Virus record (IMG/VR): IMGVR_UViG_3300036468_000001
Direction: 5' to 3' (one strand)
Source of the DNA: a virus
DNA: 53,621 bases
Notes under the pieces: model-generated
Databases searched by the model: none
Told to the model about the DNA's origin: nothing
The model's input: the letters and a program-made list of their open reading frames with translations, nothing else
Shown here: piece by piece, positions 9,406 to 18,614 of the stretch
How the letters are laid out: each line of letters opens with the position of its first letter
Position numbering within the stretch: the stretch's first letter is position 1
Translations under genes and position numbers: made by a program

Positions 9406-10838
9406 AGTCTCCGATTTTCGGCGGCGAGTTCATCGGACTCACGCGGGATCTTGCGTATAACCGCGCGATCAACCTGATTCCGGAGCTGGTCGATACGAAG
9501 GATGGGAAGGCTGTCGGCGCGATGTACGGGGCACCTGGCTATACGTTGTTCGCCACTGCAGGCAGCGGGCCGATCCGACAGCTCTACACAGCGTCTAACG
9601 GTACGCTGTACGCGTTGAGCGGGAACGAACTGTACAGCGTCAGTTCGGCCGGCGTGGGCGCGGCGCAGGGCGAAGTCTTCACGTCAACCGGCTACGCCTC
9701 GATGACGGACAACGGCGACAACGAGCAGGTCTTTCTGGTTGACGGTTCGGCAGGGTACTGCCTGAACACCTCGACGGGGGCCTTCACTGTTCCTCTGCCG
9801 GGCGCTCTGGGTGTAAAGCCGACGTCACTGGCATATCAGGATGGCGTGGCGATCGTCAATGATGCTGGGACGAACCAGTGGTACCAGTCGAATCTCGGCG
9901 ACTTCTCGACGTGGCAGGCGCTGAACTTTTCGTCAGCGGATGCGACGCCGGACCAGATCGTTACGATCTACGACATCCATCGGGAAGCGTGGCTGTTCAA
10001 GCAGAAAGCCATTGAGGTCTGGGTGAATGGGGGTCTCAATGGGTTCCTGTTTCAACGTCTTCAGGGCGTTGAGATTCCTGTCGGATGCGTTGCGCCGGCG
10101 TCGGTGGCGCGGGTCGGCGATAGCCTGATCTGGCTTGGCGGTGACGATCAGGGATCGGGCATTGTCTATCAGTCGTCTGTGTATCAGGCGGTGCCGATCT
10201 CTACGCACTTCATCGCCGAAACGATTCAGGCGATGCCGGTCATCAGCGATGCGATCGGCTTTGTCGAGCAGGAGAACCAGCACTTTTTCTACTGGCTGAT
10301 CTTCCCGACTGGCGGCCGGACCTTTGTCTTCGACTCGACCACGAGACTGTGGCACGAGCGAGCAGCGTTTTCGAATGGACTCTTCAGTCGCCATGCAGCG
10401 AACTGCCATGCGTTCGCCTATGGCCAGCATCTGGTTGGTGACTACCAGAGCGGCAACATCTATGCGCTGAACTGGAACGTGTACACGGACAACGGCAACG
10501 TCCACAAGTGGTTGAGGACGTGGCGCGCGCTGCCGCCGAACAAGGTTTCCGAGAATCCGCTCACGTTCTATTCGCTGCAGATCGATATGGGAACCGGGCT
10601 CAACGTTCCCCCCGGCTCGGCGCCGCAGTACATGCTCCGCTGGTCGGATGACGGTGGCTACAACTGGTCGAATGAAGTATGGACGAACGGCAATATGACG
10701 GGCGCCATGAATCCCCGCGTGCTCTATCAGAGGCTGGGTACGACCAAGAAGGGCGGGACGTATGACCGGATCTTTGAGTTGTCGGGTATTGACCCGGTGC
10801 CGATCCAGATCACTGGCGCGTATGTAGACGTCTCATGA
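9402..10838 (+). CDS. tail hub protein (P22 gp10-like / tail tubular protein B-like)
   Basis: 478 aa. Size, position and loose sequence resemblance to P22 gp10 as I recall it. This is an inference. Confidence 0.55.
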   Translation: MKSPIFGGEFIGLTRDLAYNRAINLIPELVDTKDGKAVGAMYGAPGYTLFATAGSGPIRQLYTASNGTLYALSGNELYSVSSAGVGAAQGEVFTSTGYASMTDNGDNEQVFLVDGSAGYCLNTSTGAFTVPLPGALGVKPTSLAYQDGVAIVNDAGTNQWYQSNLGDFSTWQALNFSSADATPDQIVTIYDIHREAWLFKQKAIEVWVNGGLNGFLFQRLQGVEIPVGCVAPASVARVGDSLIWLGGDDQGSGIVYQSSVYQAVPISTHFIAETIQAMPVISDAIGFVEQENQHFFYWLIFPTGGRTFVFDSTTRLWHERAAFSNGLFSRHAANCHAFAYGQHLVGDYQSGNIYALNWNVYTDNGNVHKWLRTWRALPPNKVSENPLTFYSLQIDMGTGLNVPPGSAPQYMLRWSDDGGYNWSNEVWTNGNMTGAMNPRVLYQRLGTTKKGGTYDRIFELSGIDPVPIQITGAYVDVS

Positions 10839-11416
10839 CGTACCCGATCGAGGGTGGTTTCCCGAACTGGATGGCGCCGTTCACTGATGCGAATGGCCGT
10901 CTCACACGGGATGGCATGAACCTGCTTCAGCTTCTGTTCAGCCGCACAGGAGCACTCACGGGGCAGTTTCTGGAGGCCGGGACATTGCCTCCGGTTCCCG
11001 TATTTTCGGATTCTTCGGATTTGGACTCCGACGAGTTTGGTTCGATTCCTGGGCCACCCGGTCCTGTTGGATCGATCGGGCCACAGGGGCCGTTTGGCCC
11101 GGTTGTAATCATTGATGTTCCGGATGTCGATGAACCAATGATGCGTGGTCCGCTGGCCCCGGGCGGATGGTACGACGAGAAGGGCAGCGGCGGGACGTAT
11201 GGCTTTGCCTCTGGTGTCGACTTCGTCGGTGGCACAACCACCTCTCTCACGCTTTCCCAGCCATATGGCGCGCAGGCAAATCTGATCGTTGTGTTCGACG
11301 CCTTGTGGCAAGGCGCGGATCAGTTCTCACTCAGCGGCAAGACGCTGACTTTCACATCGGCGATTCCCGTTGGCGTACAGAAAGTGTACGTCAAGGGCTT
11401 TCTGATGCCTCAGTAA
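10835..11416 (+). CDS. tail protein with a short collagen-like segment and a domain shared with the tailspike
   Basis: GPPGPVGSIGPQGPFGP gives five G-X-Y triplets. The C-terminal ~75 aa are paralogous to tailspike residues ~107-185. Confidence 0.65.
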   Translation: MTYPIEGGFPNWMAPFTDANGRLTRDGMNLLQLLFSRTGALTGQFLEAGTLPPVPVFSDSSDLDSDEFGSIPGPPGPVGSIGPQGPFGPVVIIDVPDVDEPMMRGPLAPGGWYDEKGSGGTYGFASGVDFVGGTTTSLTLSQPYGAQANLIVVFDALWQGADQFSLSGKTLTFTSAIPVGVQKVYVKGFLMPQ

Positions 11417-11425
11417 GGAACCCAG

Positions 11426-11797
11426 ATGGCTGCAAACAAGATACTGCGCTTTGGCCCGGTAGCTCTCGGCGCATCCGCAGCAAACCTCATCAATCCGCCG
11501 ACCCTGACTGGTGGCGCGGGATTGGCCGGAACTAATACGAACACCTACGTGATTGTTCGTCACATCCGGATCGTCAACAAGTCGGCGACTGCGGCGACGG
11601 TTTCCCTATACATCGGCGCAACCGGTGCATCTGCCGCGGGCACCGAGTTCGCATTCAACGGTGCGAGCGTTCAGGCCAACAGTTACCTCGACTGGTATGG
11701 CCTTGTACGTCTGGATATTGCGGACTTTCTCACTGGTCTCGCATCGGTGGCGACGACATTGACTTTTCAGGCCGAAGGCGAGATCGGGGTCGTCTGA
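11426..11797 (+). CDS. hypothetical tail-module protein
   Basis: 123-aa ORF tightly packed between tail genes. Confidence 0.6.
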   Translation: MAANKILRFGPVALGASAANLINPPTLTGGAGLAGTNTNTYVIVRHIRIVNKSATAATVSLYIGATGASAAGTEFAFNGASVQANSYLDWYGLVRLDIADFLTGLASVATTLTFQAEGEIGVV

Positions 11798-12381
11798 TGA
11801 AATTCTTCACTCTCATGAAGAAAGCCATCGACGTTCGGCCGCTGGTGAGCGCGCTCGATGCGCATCCGGAACTGTGGGACGCCAACGGGTTCCGCAAGAC
11901 CGGCAACGGTACGCCGCACGGCGGCATGTCCGATATCTGGGTTCGTTACAACGACGTGGCGCCGTATGCCGCTCGAGGCGATTACGCAGGCTTCAATGAT
12001 GCGCACGTGCCGATCTGGTATCCCGCCTACGACGTGCTTCAGCAGACGCTCGATCCGCTGATTTTCCCGCTGATGGCGGAAGTCCGCGGCGAGATGCTTG
12101 GCGGCGTGCTGATCACGCGCATCCCGGCAGGGCAAGGCATTGCGCCCCACGTGGATGAAGGCTGGCACGTCAACTACTACGACAAGTTCTATCTCTCGCT
12201 GCGCAGCGCGCCGGGAGCGACGTTCCATTGCGGTGACGAAGTGATCAATCCCGAGCCGGGCGATCTCTATCACTTCGACAACCATCTCGAGCACTGGGTG
12301 AAGAACGAGAGCGCCGGCGACCGCATGACGCTGATCGTCTGCATCCGCACGAACCGCGCGCGGTGGTCGCCATGTCAGTAG
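11797..12381 (+). CDS. aspartyl/asparaginyl beta-hydroxylase-like 2OG-Fe(II) oxygenase (cupin fold)
   Basis: An HxD (APHVDEG) and a distal His (LEHWVKN) are spaced as in 2OG oxygenases. The overall sequence resembles the Asp/Arg hydroxylase family. Confidence 0.55.
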   Translation: MKFFTLMKKAIDVRPLVSALDAHPELWDANGFRKTGNGTPHGGMSDIWVRYNDVAPYAARGDYAGFNDAHVPIWYPAYDVLQQTLDPLIFPLMAEVRGEMLGGVLITRIPAGQGIAPHVDEGWHVNYYDKFYLSLRSAPGATFHCGDEVINPEPGDLYHFDNHLEHWVKNESAGDRMTLIVCIRTNRARWSPCQ

Positions 12382-12437
12382 CTGGCGGTTTTCCTTTGGC
12401 AGCGGTTGTCGCTGTCTACGAATTGACGAGGCCACCC

Positions 12438-12746
12438 ATGATCGACCTGAAGATCAAGCACCACTTCTCTGGCAGGGAATACGCGAAGGAAATGACTCTG
12501 CCGGCCGGTCATTACGCGGAGACGCACGAACACGTCTACGACCATATTTCGATTCTTGCCGTCGGCGAGGTTCTGGTCGATATCGACGGTTCCGTTACCC
12601 GCCATGTTGGACCGACGGCAATTGTGATTCCGGCGAACAGAAAACATCGCATCGAAGCAATCACCGATTCAGTGTGGTTTTGCGTGCATGCGACCGATGA
12701 AACCGACCCGGAAAAGGTCGATGACGTGCTGATCAAGGGGAACTGA
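12438..12746 (+). CDS. cupin domain protein
   Basis: Cupin motifs HEHVYDHISILAVG and IPANRKHRIEA. An alternative start at 12363/12372 is possible. Confidence 0.6.
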   Translation: MIDLKIKHHFSGREYAKEMTLPAGHYAETHEHVYDHISILAVGEVLVDIDGSVTRHVGPTAIVIPANRKHRIEAITDSVWFCVHATDETDPEKVDDVLIKGN

Positions 12747-12747
12747 A

Positions 12748-13509
12748 ATGCCATGGGGATTCGCTGGAGCGGCGATTGGTGCCGTAGGCGCAATTGGCAG
12801 TGCCGTGATCGGATCGAATGCATCCAGCAGCGCCGCCAATACGCAAGCCGATGCGTCGAACAATGCAACGCAGGCGCAACTGCAGATGTTCAACACGGTG
12901 CAGGGCAACCTGCAACCGTACATGTCGGGCGGAACGAACGCGCTGGCAGGGTTGAACAGTTTCATCAACGGACAGGGCCAGTCGCAACCGTTTTCCTTCA
13001 ACTACAACCCGGCGAGCGATCCGGAATACAACTTCCTGCTGTCTCAAGGCTCGAACGCGATCACAAGTCAGGCGTCCGCGCTGGGCGGCATGAAATCCGG
13101 TGCGACGCTGAAGGCGTTGTCGGACTATGGCCAGAATACGGCTCTCCAGTCGTACCAGAGCGAGTTCAACAATGCGCTGAACACGTACGGCGCCAACCAG
13201 ACGAACCTCTCCAACATCTTCAGCCGGCTGTACAACACGGCGTCGCTCGGTGAGAACGCTGCTGCTGGTGTGGGCAATGCTGCGATCAGCACGGGCCAGT
13301 CGATCGGAAGCAACATGATCGGCGCCGGCAATGCACAAGCAGCCGGGACTGTCGGATCAGCGAATGCGCTTTCTGGCGGGCTAACGAGCCTCAGCAGCCT
13401 GCTGAACAATCAGTCGTTCCTGAATTCCTTCGGCGGGGGCTCGTCTGGTTTCAATCCCGCTTACCAGTCGTCGTATTCCGGCTTCGACAATCCTTCCAAC
13501 TACGGTTGA
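12748..13509 (+). CDS. internal virion / ejection protein (low-complexity Gly/Ser/Asn/Ala/Gln-rich)
   Basis: Composition and position correspond to the P22 gp14/gp7 slot. Confidence 0.6.
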   Translation: MPWGFAGAAIGAVGAIGSAVIGSNASSSAANTQADASNNATQAQLQMFNTVQGNLQPYMSGGTNALAGLNSFINGQGQSQPFSFNYNPASDPEYNFLLSQGSNAITSQASALGGMKSGATLKALSDYGQNTALQSYQSEFNNALNTYGANQTNLSNIFSRLYNTASLGENAAAGVGNAAISTGQSIGSNMIGAGNAQAAGTVGSANALSGGLTSLSSLLNNQSFLNSFGGGSSGFNPAYQSSYSGFDNPSNYG

Positions 13510-13515
13510 TCGAAA

Positions 13516-14985
13516 ATGGCACAGGTAGACGCAAACATTCCGCTCGCCGTTGCAAATCCCGCCGAGCTTCAGCAGATCGCGTACAGGAACCAGCTAACCC
13601 AGCTTCAGCTTCAACAGGGCCAGCAGGAACAGCAGCAGAACAACGCGCTGCTGGGCATCCTGAAGCAGCCGGGCGCGGTTGATGACAGCGGCATGCCCAC
13701 GCAGGCCACGCTCGGCCGGATCATGCAGGTCAATCCTGACGCGGGCTTCAAGATCCAGAACCAGCTCGCGACGATTCAGGAGAACAAGCAACGCGCGATC
13801 ACGAACCAGATCAACCAGAGGCTGCTGGGCATGAACATCGGCGACAAGGCACACGATCGCCTGGTGGACATTGCGACGTCGTCGCAACAGCGCTATGACG
13901 ATCTCGTGGCGAACGGCACGCCCAAAGACGAAGCCGCGCGCATTGTCGGGAAAGAACGCAACGAATCGATCACCGACGCGCAGGAGGCTGGCTTGCTTAC
14001 TCCGGATCAGGCGCGGCCGATGCAGAACCCTTTCAACCCGGAGATGAACAAGGCGTTCATCACGGGCTCGGCACAGTACAAGCGCGTACTTGACGAGCAG
14101 CGGCAGGCGCGCATGGAGCAGACTAGCGAGCGCCGCGCGGACCTCGCTGAACACCGGGAAGAGCGGGCCGAAAACATGCCTGTCTCCGATATCGGGAAGC
14201 TGTCGTACGACTATCAGCGCGGCGCGATCAGCAAGCAGGACTACGAGGCCGCGGTACTGAACAAGACGAAGGGATTCAATCCCGAGGATGTGGATTCGGT
14301 GGTCGACCAGATGGGCAAATACGACATGCCGCCGCTGACCGGTCAGGCGCTCCGCACGCCGTGGGGGCAGGCCGTCATGGCGGGCCTCGCCAAGAAGTAT
14401 CCCGACTATGACGCGAAAGAGTACAAAACCCGTCAGGCGGCTATTGGCCAGTTCGAGTACGGCAAGAAGGGCGACACCGTGCGCTCGCTCAGCGTCTCGC
14501 TGGATCACCTGGACACGCTGACGGAAGCTGGCAAGGCGCTGAAGAACGGCAACGTGCAGGGATTCAACAAACTCGCGCAGACGCTTGCCGAACAGACCGG
14601 CTCTGCTGTGCCGACCAACTTCGAAGCCGCCAAGAGCATTGTCGCTGACGAAGTCGTGAAGGGCATTCTGGGGTCTGGCGGCGGCGTGGGCGATCGCGAG
14701 AAAGCACAGGCGATCTTTGACAAGGTCAAGAGCCCCGAGCAGTTGGCTGGCGCCGTCGATCAGGTCAAGAAGCTGCTGCGCGGTCAACTGACAGGGCTCG
14801 AGCGCCAGTACAAGCAATCGACCGGCCGCGATGACTTCGACCGCTTTTTGTCTCCCTCTGCGCGCGGGCTGGAGCAGGGTGGTGGCAACGGGCCGAAGAA
14901 GATCGCGTCGAAGGCCGACTATGACGCTCTGCCTTCCGGCGCGGAGTTCATTGCGCCCGACGGTTCGCACCGGAGGAAGCCGTAA
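13516..14985 (+). CDS. internal virion / ejection protein
   Basis: 489 aa with a Gln-rich N-terminus. It sits in the P22 gp20-like position. Confidence 0.6.
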   Translation: MAQVDANIPLAVANPAELQQIAYRNQLTQLQLQQGQQEQQQNNALLGILKQPGAVDDSGMPTQATLGRIMQVNPDAGFKIQNQLATIQENKQRAITNQINQRLLGMNIGDKAHDRLVDIATSSQQRYDDLVANGTPKDEAARIVGKERNESITDAQEAGLLTPDQARPMQNPFNPEMNKAFITGSAQYKRVLDEQRQARMEQTSERRADLAEHREERAENMPVSDIGKLSYDYQRGAISKQDYEAAVLNKTKGFNPEDVDSVVDQMGKYDMPPLTGQALRTPWGQAVMAGLAKKYPDYDAKEYKTRQAAIGQFEYGKKGDTVRSLSVSLDHLDTLTEAGKALKNGNVQGFNKLAQTLAEQTGSAVPTNFEAAKSIVADEVVKGILGSGGGVGDREKAQAIFDKVKSPEQLAGAVDQVKKLLRGQLTGLERQYKQSTGRDDFDRFLSPSARGLEQGGGNGPKKIASKADYDALPSGAEFIAPDGSHRRKP

Positions 14986-17819
14986 TGGCTAACTGGTGGG
15001 ATGACGCGCCCGTTATCGACGCGCCACAGACCGCGACAAGCGGATCGCCACTCGACCGCGCGTTGAAGTCCGAAGGTGTGACCGGAAAGCTGGCGGACGT
15101 TGCGCGCAGCATCTACCAGCAGGAATCGGGAGCCGGTCGCGATACGGCGACGTCGGATGCCGGCGCCACCGGCGGCATGCAGATGAAGCCCGATACGTTC
15201 AAGCGCTTCGCCGACAAAGGCTGGTCGATCGAGAACCCCGACCAGAATGCACGCGCTGCGGTGCGCTTCATCAAGTCTCTTTCCGACAAGACCGGCGGCG
15301 ATCCGAAACTGATTTCCGTCGGCTACTACGGCGGTGAAGGCGCGATTCCGAAGGCCAAGGCGGGCATTGCTGTACGCGATCCGCGCAATCCGAACGCGCC
15401 GACCACGCTTCAGTACGCCGACCAGGTGACGTCCCGCATTCCAAAGACGGGATCCAGGACGGAATCGAAAGACGAGGGGAACTGGTGGGCAGCGGCGCCG
15501 GTGGTGTCTGCGGACACGGCCGCACCAGACAATGCACAGCCAGAACCTACGCGCGCGCAGCAGGACATGCGCGGACTCGGACTCGGCGCTCGTTCAGTGG
15601 CGGAGGGCGCCGCAAGCCCGCTGACGTTCCTCGGCGACACGCTGAACAAGGGCGTCAATCTCGGCATTCGTGGCGTGAATTCGTTGGCGGGTACGAACAT
15701 CCCTCAACTGGGCATGCCGTCTCAGGCCGTAAATAACGCGCTGACAGGGATCGGGCTCCCTCAACCGGCCACGCCGACTGAGCGCGTTCTGAGTGACATC
15801 CAGAGTGGTGCGGCCGGCGCTGGGGCGGGTGCTGGATTTACGGGAGCCCTGTCTGGCGTTGCCGCAAATCCGGTCGTTCGAAACGCTCTTACGCAACTTT
15901 CGGAGCAACCGGGTCTACAGATGGGTCTGGGAGCCGCGAGCGGTGGATCGGCAGGCGTCGCGCGAGAAGCAGGCTTGGGTCCTACCGGACAGCTTCTGGC
16001 AAGCTTTGCGGGCGGTTTGACGCCGCTGGGCATCAAGACGCTTGCTCAGTCCGCCGACCGCGCGACACGCAACGCCGCGAAGATGCTGCAAACAGCTATG
16101 GAACACCACTCGCCAGAAGAATGGAATCAGGCACGTGCGCTTCTTTCGGAATCTCAGAAGCAAGGTGTTCCGCTCATGGGCCCAGAGGCGTTTCCCGGAG
16201 GGTCTCAGGTTCAGCAACTTGGCTCGGATGTGGCCGCGTCGCCGGCGAGTGGCAACAAGATTCGCGAGTTCGTTCGTCCCCGCCCTGAACAGGTAGAGAC
16301 TGCGGGGAAGAACGCGCTTGCCAGAATCGGCGACAACGTGGGCGGCCAGGAAGCGGCAAATCAGGCGCAGGAAACTGCCGACAAGGTAATCCGCGACGCG
16401 CAAAAGTACCGCACGGAAGCCGCCGGCCCTTACTATCAAGGCCAGCGCGCGAGCGATACCGAAGCATTGGACTTGGGCGACCAAATCAGCGAACTTCCAT
16501 CCAAAATCGTTGCCCTCAGCCAGTCCAGGTCGAGTGCTGTTCAGGCCGCCGGAAAACTGCATGCCTTTACCAACGAACAGATTAATGCGGCTAATCGCAC
16601 TATTCGTCGCAACCTGGGATTGGCGGGCGATGTAAAAGCCGGTCGTAACCTCGATCGCGCAGAGGAAGGAAAGGCAGGCACCTATGCCGCAGTGAATCGG
16701 GGCAAGGAGATCTCGGCTCAAATCGACGCGTCGCAGCGTCAACTGGATAGCGCGGCGGATCGTTTGGCCGAGAAGGATCTGCCAGCGATCCGTAGCAAGG
16801 TGCAATCGTTCGTTTCCAATCTGGATCAACAGATTCGGCTTGCCGGCCCAGACGAGGCGAAGATCCTCAAGCAGTACCGCGACCAGATTGCGCCGAACGG
16901 CCAACCGCTTGTTCTCCCGTCCCAACTGGAGAGCATCTACAAGGCAAATCGCAACAAGATCAATCTTGGTCTCAACCCGACAGCAGAAGAAAAGACTGCC
17001 GCAGGTGTGCTCAAGGGGAGCGTGTCGGATCTGGACAACCTTATCAAGGACGTATCGCCGTCGATCCGAAACGGGCGACTCATTTACGAGCAACTGTCTC
17101 GGGAGGTGGTGGACCCGCTATTGAAAGGTCCGATCGGGAAACTCGCGGGAAAGGGTGCCGATGCTCAGAAAGAGGCGACGTACTCGCGGGCCATGTCGGA
17201 AATGCAAAGCGACACTGCCAATCCGAAGCGAATCAAGACCATCGCCGACGAGTTCAATAAGGTTGACAAGACAGCATTTCCGAATCTCACGCGCGCATAC
17301 CTCGAAAACAAACTGAATGCCTCTTTGAAGGATCTGCAGGGGCGTCGCAATCCCGGAGCTGGTGCGAACTTCCGCAACGCTCTCGCCGGTACGCCTCAAG
17401 ACGCCGCCAACCTTCGCGCCATGATCGAGAAATCAGCCGAAGCGCAGGGCCAAGATCCGCAGAAGAGCTATCAGGGATTCCGCAAGCTTCTCGATGTTCT
17501 GGACGCCACAGGACGAGTTCCAGGGATGGGTAGCCAGACACAGTCGCGCATGGAGAACGCCGCTACCGCGCGCGAGTCACTCGTCGCTGGCGCGCTCGAG
17601 ACGAAGTTTTCGTCGCCCGGCGGCCAAATCGCAAAGTTTCTGAGGAACAAGGCGTACGGCGGAACCTACAAGAAGCTCGCCGACGTTTTCACCGACCCGG
17701 ATTCGGTCAGGAAGATGCAGGAGCTGGTGAACCTGAAGCCGACGTCTCTGCAAGCGCAGAGGCTGGTTTTGTCGCTGCTGACCTCACCGGCACAGCGCGC
17801 CGGCCAGGATGACCAGTGA
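14985..17819 (+). CDS. ejection protein with an N-terminal soluble lytic transglycosylase domain
   Basis: The SLT signature QQESGAGRDTATSDAGATGGMQMKPDTF sits within a 944-aa protein. Confidence 0.8.
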   Translation: MANWWDDAPVIDAPQTATSGSPLDRALKSEGVTGKLADVARSIYQQESGAGRDTATSDAGATGGMQMKPDTFKRFADKGWSIENPDQNARAAVRFIKSLSDKTGGDPKLISVGYYGGEGAIPKAKAGIAVRDPRNPNAPTTLQYADQVTSRIPKTGSRTESKDEGNWWAAAPVVSADTAAPDNAQPEPTRAQQDMRGLGLGARSVAEGAASPLTFLGDTLNKGVNLGIRGVNSLAGTNIPQLGMPSQAVNNALTGIGLPQPATPTERVLSDIQSGAAGAGAGAGFTGALSGVAANPVVRNALTQLSEQPGLQMGLGAASGGSAGVAREAGLGPTGQLLASFAGGLTPLGIKTLAQSADRATRNAAKMLQTAMEHHSPEEWNQARALLSESQKQGVPLMGPEAFPGGSQVQQLGSDVAASPASGNKIREFVRPRPEQVETAGKNALARIGDNVGGQEAANQAQETADKVIRDAQKYRTEAAGPYYQGQRASDTEALDLGDQISELPSKIVALSQSRSSAVQAAGKLHAFTNEQINAANRTIRRNLGLAGDVKAGRNLDRAEEGKAGTYAAVNRGKEISAQIDASQRQLDSAADRLAEKDLPAIRSKVQSFVSNLDQQIRLAGPDEAKILKQYRDQIAPNGQPLVLPSQLESIYKANRNKINLGLNPTAEEKTAAGVLKGSVSDLDNLIKDVSPSIRNGRLIYEQLSREVVDPLLKGPIGKLAGKGADAQKEATYSRAMSEMQSDTANPKRIKTIADEFNKVDKTAFPNLTRAYLENKLNASLKDLQGRRNPGAGANFRNALAGTPQDAANLRAMIEKSAEAQGQDPQKSYQGFRKLLDVLDATGRVPGMGSQTQSRMENAATARESLVAGALETKFSSPGGQIAKFLRNKAYGGTYKKLADVFTDPDSVRKMQELVNLKPTSLQAQRLVLSLLTSPAQRAGQDDQ

Positions 17820-17917
17820 GGCCAATGCGCCCCATGGCCATGGGATCAGGATCGCCGCAGCGATCATGAGCAGACAGACGATAGAGACTTCAGCAAGTAG
17901 TGACATCGGAGAGCCAG

Positions 17918-18082
17918 ATGAAGAAAGCCAATACATTGAGGGCGTCGAAACAGACTATCGCGAAAGTCAGCTCGAAACAACCGAAACCGGCGACATCGGC
18001 GACCAAGGGCACGTTCGGGGCCAAGATCCGCGGCATCCAGAAGAAGGCCAAGCCCAAGGCCGGAAAGGTCACCTCGTTTTAA
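17918..18082 (+). CDS. small lysine-rich protein
   Basis: GGAGAG RBS. GC3 is clearly higher in this frame than in the overlapping 145-aa ORF. 54 aa and very basic. Confidence 0.45.
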   Translation: MKKANTLRASKQTIAKVSSKQPKPATSATKGTFGAKIRGIQKKAKPKAGKVTSF

Positions 18083-18093
18083 GGATTTGCACC

Positions 18094-18246
18094 ATGCCAC
18101 TTTCGAAAGGTAAATCCAAGGCAGCAATCGGCAAGAACATCAAGACCGAGATGAAGGCCGGGAAACCCCAAAAGCAGGCGGTGGCTATCGCGCTTAATAC
18201 TGCGCGCAAGGCTGGCGCCAAGATCCCGAAGAGAGGAAAGAAATGA
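18094..18246 (+). CDS. small lysine-rich protein
   Basis: AAGGA RBS, 50 aa: MPLSKGKSKAAIGKNIKTEMKAGKPQKQAVAIALNTARKAGAK. Confidence 0.5.
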   Translation: MPLSKGKSKAAIGKNIKTEMKAGKPQKQAVAIALNTARKAGAKIPKRGKK

Positions 18247-18614
18247 AGATCGTCATTGAGAGTATCCCTTCCGTGGCCCAGCGCTACGACACATGGGGAG
18301 ACTGGTGGTTTGATCCCGATGGCACGCTGCAGATTCGCGTCAGCGATGACGTGGCGGAACTGCCTACCGAAAATCACCAGTTCCTGATTGCGCTCCACGA
18401 ACTCGTTGAGGTCATGGCGTGCAAGGCACACGGCGTTACCCAGCAACAGGTCGATGAATTTGATTTTGCCAATCAGGAGCACTGCAACGAAAACGACCTC
18501 GAGCCGGGCGATCTGCCCGATGCGCCGTACCGGAAGGAACACCGGTTCGCGATGCTTATCGAGCACCTGATGGCGCGCGAACTGGGTATCGAGGGTTACG
18601 GGGAGGTTCGGTGA
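18243..18614 (+). CDS. hypothetical protein
   Basis: ATGA overlap upstream and GTGA overlap downstream. 123 aa and acidic. Confidence 0.6.
   Translation: MKIVIESIPSVAQRYDTWGDWWFDPDGTLQIRVSDDVAELPTENHQFLIALHELVEVMACKAHGVTQQQVDEFDFANQEHCNENDLEPGDLPDAPYRKEHRFAMLIEHLMARELGIEGYGEVR

Noticed and set aside
12363-12437. A longer version of the cupin gene starting at 12363 or 12372, overlapping the hydroxylase stop.
   Set aside because: The extension encodes a hydrophobic, unconserved-looking leader (MVAMSVAGGFPLAAVVAVYELTRPP). The ATG at 12438 has a GAGG-type RBS. The longer form cannot be excluded without experimental data.
17809-18246. A 145-aa ORF spanning the gap after the large ejection protein.
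   Set aside because: Third-position GC is clearly lower in this frame than in the alternative frame across 17918-18082. Two short Lys-rich ORFs with their own RBSs explain the region better.
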